A DNA stretch of 63,812 bases, the filler included, from Octopus bimaculoides (taxonomy: Eukaryota): assembly GCF_001194135.2 (NCBI RefSeq). It is 7 parts of 7 records of this genome, joined end to end, with 100 filler letters (N's around TTAATTAATTAA, not from the genome) between each part and the next. Parts side by side here need not be neighbours in the genome. Positions count along the whole stretch, not along the records: positions 1 to 14,730 come from NW_026379419.1; positions 14,831 to 28,397 come from NC_068995.1; 5 more parts are not named here. One strand, written 5' to 3'. Below the pieces are notes generated by a model. That model did no database searches and was not told the origin of the DNA. It saw only the letters and a program-made list of their open reading frames with translations. Positions within the stretch are counted from its first letter, which is position 1. Each line of letters begins with the position of its first letter. A program made the translations under genes and the position numbers. Below are positions 13,280 through 23,492 of this stretch, one piece after another.

Positions 13280-13399
13280 GAGAATTATAAGTTGGATTTC
13301 ATTATGATGGCTGTTCTCTTCGTTGGTTTCCGTTTGGTCGGCTATTTCTGCCTACTGCTCCGTGCTAGATGTTGTTCAAGAAACTCTTGTTGCTGCTAA
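13280..13399 (+). CDS. white: white-like ABCG transporter, terminal coding exon
   Basis: Acceptor tatctcttcccag, phase 0. Translation ENYKLDFIMMAVLFVGFRLVGYFCLLLRARCCSRNSCCC* contains the last TM helix (D...L..L.V.FR..AY..L.LRAR type), then TAA. Confidence 0.92.
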   Translation, partial: ENYKLDFIMMAVLFVGFRLVGYFCLLLRARCCSRNSCCC

Positions 13400-14019
13400 A
13401 CAACAATTAACATTTGGAACGGCACTCGACCTTTAGAACAGTTAAACACCAAAGAATGATTGATACAATTATTAAACATCAAACGTTCATACAACAACTA
13501 AACCCAAAGTGTGGTCTCTGCTGCAAAAATAACAATTATTGCTGCCAAACACCAAGTGTTTTTTTTTTTTTTGCTAAACACCAAATATTCGTACTGATTT
13601 AGAGCTAAATGTCAATTTTATAAAAATATGCCAAATGTTTTTGGCTGCAAAACTTCAACAATTTTCTCTTCTGACATAAAACAACAAAATATCTGGCAGT
13701 GAAATAACAGACGTTGATATAATAACTAAACGAGCTGATCATCATTTTAATACAAAATACCAAAATGTCTTTTGCTTCCAAGACTTCAAGAAATATTTTT
13801 ATTACTGTTAAACATCAAGTGTTTTTGCTGTCAAATCCGAAAAAATCATTTCTTCTGCTGCGAAACGTCGAACGCTTTTGTAATTAAACGTCAACAAGTT
13901 TGATACTACGCGACGCGTTTCTTTGCTGATGAACACCAAATATTGTTAAAACAGTTAAACATTAACCATTTATTATTTAATATAAACTATTGTAAAATCG
14001 AGTAAATTTATGATTGTTT

Positions 14020-14025
14020 AATAAA
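14020..14025 (+). promoter_or_regulatory. candidate polyadenylation signal of the ABCG gene
   Basis: AATAAA about 620 nt after the stop codon, followed by an A-run and then microsatellite. AT-rich context makes a chance occurrence plausible. Confidence 0.35.
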
Positions 14026-14089
14026 ATGTTCTTGTAAAAAAAAATCGATATATGTCTCTATGTATGTATGTATCTGTCTCTCTCTCTCT

Positions 14090-14269
14090 ATATATATCTA
14101 TCTATCTATCTATATTTCTATCTATCTATCCATCTATCCATCTATATTTCTATCTATCTATCTATCCATCTATATTTCTATCTATCTATCCATCTATATT
14201 TCTATCTATATTTCTATCTATCTATCTATCCATCTATATTTCTATCTATCTATCTATCCATCTACATTT

Positions 14270-14311
<42 letters not shown>

Positions 14312-14400
14312 CATCTATATTTCTATCTATCTATCTATCTATCTATCCATCTATATTTCTATCAATCTATCTATCCATCTATCTATCTATCTATCTATCT
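14090..14400. repeat. compound (TCTA)n microsatellite with recurring TCCATCTATATT variants
   Basis: Directly visible. Confidence 0.95.
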
Positions 14401-14730
14401 CTTCTCACGGACGTGCTGTCACATCGGCTGCGAAGGTAAACGTTTATTTGACCTTTTACTGTCCACATTTTGTTGGAATTTTTAAATAATTTTGTTGCGA
14501 AGCACCTAGGCTTCATTTGTGTGTATTTTCAAGGGCAGGAATTGGCCCCCAGGGGCAGTTTCGGCCCTAGCAAAATACAAAAATTTCCTTCTTGACATTT
14601 GAAAAATGTCGAGAAACATAATTTTGGAACGCTTGTCTTGTTCTTTTGACAAGCATTTCTCGAGGCTTCAGATGCCAGAAGAGAAAAAAGAACAGAATAG
14701 CGCGTACTCACACAGTGACAGGAACGCAGT

Positions 14731-14830
14731 NNNNNNNNNNNNNNNNNNNNNNNNNNNNNNNNNNNNNNNNNNNNTTAATTAATTAANNNNNNNNNNNNNN
14801 NNNNNNNNNNNNNNNNNNNNNNNNNNNNNN
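14731..14830. other. artificial scaffold spacer (44 N + TTAATTAATTAA + 44 N)
   Basis: The same 12-mer occurs inside N-runs at 14775, 28442, 39698, 43436, 59288 and 61419. It is palindromic and gives TAA in all six frames. Confidence 0.95.
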
Positions 14831-14879
14831 ATATATATATATATATAGTAGTGTCAGTTGGGCACCGTCTGTAAGAATA

Positions 14880-15491
14880 ACAGCATAATGTTGCACTTCA
14901 ATCAACAGGATATTTGGAAACGATATGCTGTATACCTAGCATTCGCGCCAGAAGCTCCACTACGAACATTTCAAAGTGTTTGAGTGTTAATTTGGAGACA
15001 TGTACTGTGGATGATAAAAGTCAACATCTTGGTGTTTGGAGTGATGTCTACTGATGTCGACGTTATGCCTCCATTAATCTTCCCAAACAGACTCAGACTC
15101 GATACGGAGGCCTATATCAAGTACCTGGTGGAGGTAGTGCTGTCCTAGGTCAAGAGGGTGACTTCTGGAAGATCCTATGTCTCGCAACAGATCCTATGTC
15201 TGCACAAACAGGAGAACCCAGTCATGGCTGTCAAACAATTTCTGCGACCACATCATCCGTACCAACTGGCAACCTATCTCTCTTGACTGCAAGCCCCTTG
15301 ATTATGATTATTAGTGGAGCGCAGCTGAGCGTCAGATCAACAAAACTCTTTGTAACACCAAAGACGAACTAGAGGAAAGGATTATGGCAGCATTCACCAA
15401 CTTAAATAGAGAGACCGTCCAGAATATTTACAAGAGTTTACGAAGTCGTCTGGAGTTCGTGGTTGAAGCCAATGGCAATTTTCTTGAATAA
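14880..15491 (+). mobile_element. Tc1/mariner-superfamily transposase relic (maT/DD37D-like)
   Basis: Translated pieces VFGVMSTDVDVMPPLIFP, RSYVSQQ, DCKPLDY, and TKDELEERIMAAFTNLNRETVQNIYKSLRSRLEFVVEANGNFLE*, with stops and deletions. Subfamily assignment is tentative. Confidence 0.8.
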
Positions 15492-15906
15492 ATTTACTCT
15501 TTAGTATTTCAAAATATTTTAATGTAATTTTGGTAAATATATCTATTAAAATGAAATGTCAGTGCAATTTTCATTTTTGTGTAATTTAGACGACAATGTA
15601 CTCACCACATCCTGCAGACATATACACACCCCACAGATATACTTGTGTGGATTATTAGCAATTACACAACCGAAAGGCAAATTTATAGACGTCACTAAAG
15701 AGTATCTTACTTCTAGCAACGCAGGTACCACGTTATATCCTCTGTCACTTCAGTGACGTTTATAAATTTACACTCAGGTTGTTAAATTGCTAATAAACCA
15801 CCCATATTATTTATAATTTTCTCTTCTACCGCTTTTGAAATCAGCACGTTTTCAACTACCTTTCCTATAAGTTGACGAGATGAGTTGACGAGGGGACTTG
15901 AGTAAG

Positions 15907-15963
15907 AGTCACTGACGAGAATTAAGATGTTCTGCATGAACATTCGAAATCAAAGATATGGCT
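15907..15963 (+). ncRNA. minimal type I hammerhead ribozyme
   Basis: Stem I AGTCA/TGGCT, CTGACGA 15912-15918, stem II closed by GAAT/ATTC, GAAA 15946-15949, stem III ATC-AAA-GAT, AUA triplet with predicted cleavage after 15958. Confidence 0.7.
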
Positions 15964-16242
15964 GTATCTGCGACCGTAGGGACCTTTGTCTCCCTTGTGG
16001 GCTTATTAAGGTAGTGATTTTGTGGCTAATGAGTCGTTTTAACTATTGTTTTTAGTAATGCTGGTACCACTCTGTACTCTCTGTCACGTTAGCGACCTCT
16101 CTGAGGAAGCGTAAACGGTTGGTGTTAGAGTCTCTCAAGACAAAGATACGGTCTTTCGTTGGCTTCTTGGAGTACTTCGACTCATCTGTATCTGCTGCTT
16201 GTGAGAATATTGAAGTCATTGTACACTTCCCTAATCTCAACG

Positions 16243-16935
16243 GTATGATTCACAGCGGCATTAGCTGCCAGTCTGGAGCCCTAAAACAACTTGTATGAAG
16301 TGGTGCATTTAGGGTGAAGTTATGGACTGTAACTCGTCTGTCTCTGTTGCAAGTGGGAATATCGAAGTCGTGATAGGCTCTAGTTGTCTCGGCAGTATGA
16401 TTCATNNNNNNNNNNNNNNNNNNNNNNNNNNNNNNNNNNNNNNNNNNNNNNNNNNNNNNNNNNNNNNNNNNNNNNNNNNNNNNNNNNNNNNNNNNNNNNN
16501 NNNNNNNNNNNNNNNNNNNNNNNNNNNNNNNNNNNNNNNNNNNNNNNNNNNNNNNNNNNNNNNNNNNNNNNNNNNNNNNNNNNNNNNNNNNNNNNNNNNN
16601 NNNNNNNNNNNNNNNNNNNNNNNNNNNNNNNNNNNNNNNNNNNNNNNNNNNNNNNNNNNNNNNNNNNNNNNNNNNNNNNNNNNNNNNNNNNNNNNNNNNN
16701 NNNNNNNNNNNNNNNNGGTATGATTCACAGCGGCATTAGCTGCCAGTCTGGAGCCCTAAAACAACTTGTATGAAGTGGTGCATTTAGGGTGAAGTTATGG
16801 ACTGTAACTCGTCTGTCTCTGTTGCAAGTGGGAATATCGAAGTCGTGATAGGCTCTAGTTGTCTCGGCAGTATGATTCATATCGGCATTAGCTGCCAGTC
16901 CGGAGTCCTAAAAAGACTTGGATAAGCTGGTGCAG
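16243..16935. repeat. 152-bp tandem repeat spanning a gap
   Basis: GTATGATTCA starts at 16243 and 16395, and at 16718 and 16870 (period 152). The units either side of the gap look identical, with diverged partial units on both flanks. Confidence 0.85.
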
Positions 16936-19110
16936 TTGTAAACTTGTTAACTCATTGGAGAAGTGTATTTGGTACCACCGATATTTGAGCAGAAATTTCC
17001 GAGAAGAAATATTCGGGTCTTTATGTTCTTGAAAATATTGTTCGGGGCCCTGAGAACAGACTGAACATCTTTGGTACCGGGAGTCTGCACGGATTTAAGG
17101 GTTACCATTGGTTGAATTTCGTATCCAGTTAACGGGTCTTCTCAGAAGCTGGGATACGTCTCCTTACTTATGTGATTAAGGAACCCCAGTTCAGAATATT
17201 TCGTCAAGTTACTAGATATTCTGACTTAGGCTTTGCGTACCCTGTTCTCTCCGCTGAGGATCAGGGTGTGTTGAGAGTTCGTATTAGTCGGTCACATTCC
17301 ACATAGTCACGGCAGATAAAGAGGTATCTTGCTGAAAATGCAACCGATAGGACTCGGCTCGACTAATCGTTTGGAGGACTCTGAAACGTACCGACAAATG
17401 GTTAATGTAGTAACACGCCGTTTAAAATTATCGGCGGCATGCCACCCGTCTTCAAATTTCAAGTTCAAGTTCTGATGGGTCAACATTACATTTTATATTT
17501 TCTGGGTAGATAAAATTGTCACTTAAATTGAATATTGGAGTCAATTTAATCGACTTTAATTNNNNNNNNNNNNNNNNNNNNNNNNNNNNNNNNNNNNNNN
17601 NNNNNNNNNNNNNNNNNNNNNNNNNNNNNNNNNNNNNNNNNNNNNNNNNNNNNNNNNNNNNNNNNNNNNNNNNNNNNNNNNNNNNNNNNNNNNNNNNNNN
17701 NNNNNNNNNNNNNNNNNNNNNNNNNNNNNNNNNNNNNNNNNNNNNNNNNNNNNNNNNNNNNNNNNNNNNNNNNNNNNNNNNNNNNNNNNNNNNNNNNNNN
17801 NNNNNNNNNNNNNNNNNNNNNNNNNNNNNNNNNNNNNNNNNNNNNNNNNNNNNNNNNNNNNNNNNNNNNNNNNNNNNNNNNNNNNNNNNNNNNNNNNNNN
17901 NNNNNNNNNNNNNNNNNNNNNNNNNNNNNNNNNNNNNNNNNNNNNNNNNNNNNNNNNNNNNNNNNNNNNNNNNNNNNNNNNNNNNNNNNNNNNNNNNNNN
18001 NNNNNNNNNNNNNNNNNNNNNNNNNNNNNNNNNNNNNNNNNNNNNNNNNNNNNNNNNNNNNNNNNNNNNNNNNNNNNNNNNNNNNNNNNNNNNNNNNNNN
18101 NNNNNNNNNNNNNNNNNNNNNNNNNNNNNNNNNNNNNNNNNNNNNNNNNNNNNNNNNNNNNNNNNNNNNNNNNNNNNNNNNNNNNNNNNNNNNNNNNNNN
18201 NNNNNNNNNNNNNNNNNNNNNNNNNNNNNNNNNNNNNNNNNNNNNNNNNNNNNNNNNNNNNNNNNNNNNNNNNNNNNNNNNNNNNNNNNNNNNNNNNNNN
18301 NNNNNNNNNNNNNNNNNNNNNNNNNNNNNNNNNNNNNNNNNNNNNNNNNNNNNNNNNNNNNNNNNNNNNNNNNNNNNNNNNNNNNTATATATATATATAC
18401 ATATATATATATACCTATTGATATATATGTATGTACATATATTCATCCACAAACATACTTTCTGTGTTTACTTGATTGCTTACATATTGACACGCATATG
18501 AATATGGATTGTAATAGGAATATTAATTTTCATAAATGAAAAGCAACGCAGTAATTAATTTTTATTTGCTGCCATACAAAACGCCATTTTGGAATCCTAA
18601 TAAATATATTTACACTTGCTACAAGATGACAAACAAAATTTAAACACAATAAACAGTTCAGAATCTGCTTGAAAATAATATACAAAAATACATAGGTTAA
18701 CACATTGTAATTTGCTTTTCTAATGTTTATTCATTTATAAAGTTTGCAAATAATTTCATTAGTATTATATTTTATTTACCTGTATTCTTCGTATAATGGC
18801 TTATAAATAAACAAATTAAGAAATTAGCTCTTATATTTTCATATATATCGCACACATACATATATATACATACTTATATGCATGCACACTCTCACACACA
18901 CTCACACGTACATATCTATATGTGCTATAAAAGCATAAATTGATTTATATATAGATAGATTGACACTATGATAAATAGAGCTTGCAGATATAAAAGTATC
19001 TAAGAACGCACTAAGACATAAACACGCTGACACAAAAGACACAACTCCCTACATACATATACGGACACACACAAACACACACACATATATATGCATACAT
19101 ACATATACAT

Positions 19111-19150
<40 letters not shown>

Positions 19151-19631
19151 NNNNNNNNNNNNNNNNNNNNNNNNNNNNNNNNNNNNNNNNNNNNNNNNNN
19201 NNNNNNNNNNNNNNNNNNNNNNNNNNNNNNNNNNNNNNNNNNNNNNNNNNNNNNNNNNNNNNNNNNNNNNNNNNNNNNNNNNNNNNNNNNNNNNNNNNNN
19301 NNNNNNNNNNNNNNNNNNNNNNNNNNNNNNNNNNNNNNNNNNNNNNNNNNNNNNNNNNNNNNNNNNNNNNNNNNNNNNNNNNNNNNNNNNNNNNNNNNNN
19401 NNNNNNNNNNNNNNNNNNNNNNNNNNNNNNNNNNNNNNNNNNNNNNNNNNNNNNNNNNNNNNNNNNNNNNNNNNNNNNNNNNNNNNNNNNNNNNNNNNNN
19501 NNNNNNNNNNNNNNNNNNNNNNNNNNNNNNNNNNNNNNNNNNNNNNNNNNNNNNNNNNNNNNNNNNNNNNNNNNNNNNNNNNNNNNNNNNNNNNNNNNNN
19601 NNNNNNNNNNNNNNNNNNNNNNNNNNNNNNN

Positions 19632-19684
<53 letters not shown>

Positions 19685-21795
19685 TACTGTGTATTTGAGT
19701 GTGTAATTCTGTGCGTTTATCTAAATAAATATCTTCACATCTACATTGCTATACGACGGCAGGGTTTATATCAATCAACGTATTACTTTGCAACAATATA
19801 CATAAATGAATTACCTGCCTCGTATACATGACCATATATATACACACAGAAACACAGACAAATTTATGCAGGTGTGTATGTATGTATGTATGTATGTATG
19901 TATGTATGTATGTATGTATGTATGTATGTATGTGTGACTGTGTGTCTGTGTGTATGACTCTATGTGTTTAAGTAATATGTGTATATGTATAAAGTTATAA
20001 TAGTTCTTATTTTTTCCTCAACACATTTCGTCTCACATGTATTCAAATGTCGGAAGTCGCTTAGTATTTGTTTTCAGTTGTGTTACCTATGTACCGGAGT
20101 AAGTAAGTACAAGCCCTGTCGTCAACGGTTCTAGTGTTCACTCATATATTCCAATATGAATGTTAATTTATATGCTGTTTATTAATCATACATCGAAGTG
20201 TGTATTAAATAGGAATGTTTTCATGGAGTCTGGAGTAGTATGTCAACACCAAAACACAAGACATTCTACTGTAATGGAAAACTTAGTGCTTAAGGCATTT
20301 TGCGCATGCAATTATCAACGACAATTTGACATTTTTGAATCTTGTACTTACTAATTATTCATTCAGATAATAGTAATATACATGTATCCAGTCCGATATA
20401 AATGTTTCAAACATATGCATAGTTTAATTTGAAAATGTATTTTGTCTGGTTCTTTTCACTAAAATATTTATCATGTTATACACTTATTGAATGGTCTGCT
20501 AGATAATGCTTTAAAGGTATTTTTATGCATTATGTGCGTTTGTGCGTGCGTTTGTTTGTGTGTGAATATGTTTGAGTGCGTGTTTGCATTGTGTATGTAA
20601 TGGTATTATATGTTTACACATATACACACGAATCCATATGTCTTCAGTCACACGCACACACATGTATATTCGCTGTGTATACATGACAAAACTAGGGATT
20701 TATATTCTACAATCAGGTCACTAAAAGGCATTGTACTATCTCACCACGTCATTTGGCGATCAAGCTATTCCGTATTCATTAATTTTACAATGTCATTATG
20801 GAATATGCAAATATGCAGTTCATCCCATGCCATCGTTGATATAGTTATTACGTATTATATACCCTGTGTGGAATTCAATAATATGGCTCCAACACGCAGT
20901 TGCCGATATCCATGGTTAAGCCATTATTACATAATCAATTGCTCGTCTTGGGGAATTATATACCGATATCTTAAAAAGTATTTAATAGAAGGGCAATTTT
21001 CAATTTATAATCTGCTTGGGGAATGTACTGCAAAATAAAATAATACATAAAATAGAGTTGATTAAATCAAATTGACGACCGTAATATTGAACAATTGACT
21101 AACTGTCGTACATTATTCCCCTGCTGGGAGAAACTCGTGGAAATAAAATCCGTAGTATATATCATGCGTTTAGCTTCTCGAAAATTCGGAGAAGACATAT
21201 TCACATATATAAAGTAATATGTGACTGCCACAGTGGGAGACAATAAAGGTATCATCCCGACATCCCTGAAGGACTGGAGATGGAAATGGAAATATTCTGT
21301 TAATTTCAATAAAAGGACAATCTCACCGTTAATAACGTGTTCCACTATAAAGCTTAAATACGACACAAAGCTCTGCAATATTTATTATATTGTATAGTAT
21401 TATTCTTTTCTTTTTTTGGTTTTGGTAGTTTTCGTTGATTACATTCTATTTAGCTTTGCAGCATTATTATGCTATACTTATACATACTCATACCTAATAA
21501 ACACACACGCTGCGAACACACGCTCACACACACATACACATTACATCGGCAGAGGTCACAATGAGATTCGAGGGTCGAAAACCGAACCTTATGCCGATAT
21601 TAGAAATACAAACTATCTATATAAATGCACAGATATATACATGGACGCGCGCGCGCACACGCACACACACACACACATACACACACGCACACACTCACGC
21701 ACAAACAATTACATACATGCACACATACCCAAATACACACTCACGCGCAAGCACACGTGCATACAGAATACTTACACAATTTCTTTTATTGGGCA

Positions 21796-21981
21796 AAAAT
21801 TGTTAAAGAAGACAACAAACGTTAAGGCAAGATAAACATCTCAATTCATATGCATTATTATTATTGGAAAAAAATATTCTAGTCTTACAGCTATGTCTGG
21901 GATATCCCAGAATCATCTGTAATATTGAGAGTAAAATAAATGAAACGCTACGTCTATGTATTCGTTCGCGCACATACACAT
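21796..21981 (+). repeat. 186-bp direct repeat, copy 1
   Basis: Matches 23307-23492 apart from two substitutions seen. Contains the perfect palindrome TCTGGGATATCCCAGA (21896-21911). Confidence 0.95.
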
Positions 21982-23133
21982 AGGAGAACGGGATAAAAAT
22001 GCAAATGAATCTTGCTTGAAAATTTACGATGCAAAACGAGACTCGAAGTATAGCACTCACTCAGTAGTACGAAAAAGAAAAAGGGGATGATACTAATGCC
22101 TAGTTCTATTTTCGCTTAAGTAATTCCGATAAGCAACACCACTTAATTCTTCGAACTATTGAATATACGCTGAAGCATGCAAGATAATAGCGCAGATATA
22201 TATACATACGAAATAATAACTGCATACATAAATGTAAACACACTCACACATATACACACACCAATATATGTATATTGTTCATTCAATTAATCATCTATTC
22301 GAAAGTCACTAAAAAGCGTTTTGGAAATGAATGCGTGTACGTTCATATATAATACGTTCGGAAGTCGGATTCGGTATGTGTATTTCACGAAGAGGAAGAA
22401 CACCGAAGCACAAGATAGAAACAATGCACTGTTGTTATCCATAGGTCTGCATGATGTATGATCACACACATTGTCTAACATTTCCTTCAATAATGTTAAC
22501 GAAGCCTATTATTCTATCTCTATTCTGTCTACCTATCTCCCTCTCTAGTTCTTCCTTTCTGTTTTTCACTCCCAACCTTTCCCTATTCTTCTCCTCTCCC
22601 CTTCCCCGTTCCCCCTCACTCTACCACTCCTCCTCCTTGAGTCTGTCACTGCTCACACGTGACCAACGGCCATGCATCTTTCTTTCTTCCACTTCCTTCC
22701 TAAAGACAAGATGTGCTTTTGGCTGTCTCTTCTCAAATTTCATTTTCCCAGCGTTCAACACTTCACATCGTCTTGGCTTAACAGCCCTCACTGTTTGCTT
22801 TTACTGTTTTTTTCTCAATGTCCTATTTTTTGTTACCACTTTCACTCTCCGCAAAAATCCCAAATTTTATTTAATTTGCTTCGCGGGAAGGACTGTTTTA
22901 ACGAAGCCGAGTCCTGTCCTTGCCTTCGAAACGCGGAGTAGATAAAACAGGGGACAACTGATAAAGGGAATGTTCTTTATGTTGCATGTTTCCTTTCCCT
23001 CTTTGCTTTTTTCATTATTCAAAACAAAGTTCTTTTGCTATGTTTTTGTTTTTATGTTCTCGTTTCTCATTCTGATTACGGTTTTTGATGTCCTGTACCC
23101 ATATATGCATCTATATATGTACCCATATATGCA

Positions 23134-23169
<36 letters not shown>

Positions 23170-23306
23170 TATATCTAAAATGTGGGGGTTTATTTCACAG
23201 GTGATCTAAACGACTAGGTAAGTGCTGTAACGGATTATTAGGGCTCCAAGGTTATAGCCGAGACGGTAGTTATGGAGTCATTGCAGAATTCCTATATAGA
23301 GGACAT

Positions 23307-23492
23307 AAAATTGTTAAAGACGACAACAAACGTTAAGGCAAGATAAACATCTCAATTCATATGCATTATTATTATTGGAAAAAAAGATTCTAGTCTTACA
23401 GCTATGTCTGGGATATCCCAGAATCATCTGTAATATTGAGAGTAAAATAAATGAAACGCTACGTCTATGTATTCGTTCGCGCACATACACAT
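23307..23492 (+). repeat. 186-bp direct repeat, copy 2
   Basis: Offset 1511 bp from copy 1. Confidence 0.95.

Noticed and set aside
20078-20098. 21-nt micro-exon-like segment (ttttcag / gtaagt) on +
   Set aside because: Good splice-like signals but no homology or neighbouring exons. Cannot be separated from chance in AT-rich DNA without RNA-seq.
20610-21378. ORFs 20610-21038(+) and 21067-21378(-) in non-repetitive sequence
   Set aside because: No recognisable domain, no convincing splice-site pair, and conflicting strands.
22893-22950. Hammerhead-like remnant (CTGTTTTA/TAAAACAG stem, GAAG..CTTC stem, GAAACGCG)
   Set aside because: The CUGANGA core is missing and the cleavage triplet does not fit. 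At best a deleted relic, so not called.
23201-23217. 17-nt micro-exon-like segment (tttcacag / gtaagt) on +
   Set aside because: Stops in all three frames and no supporting gene model.
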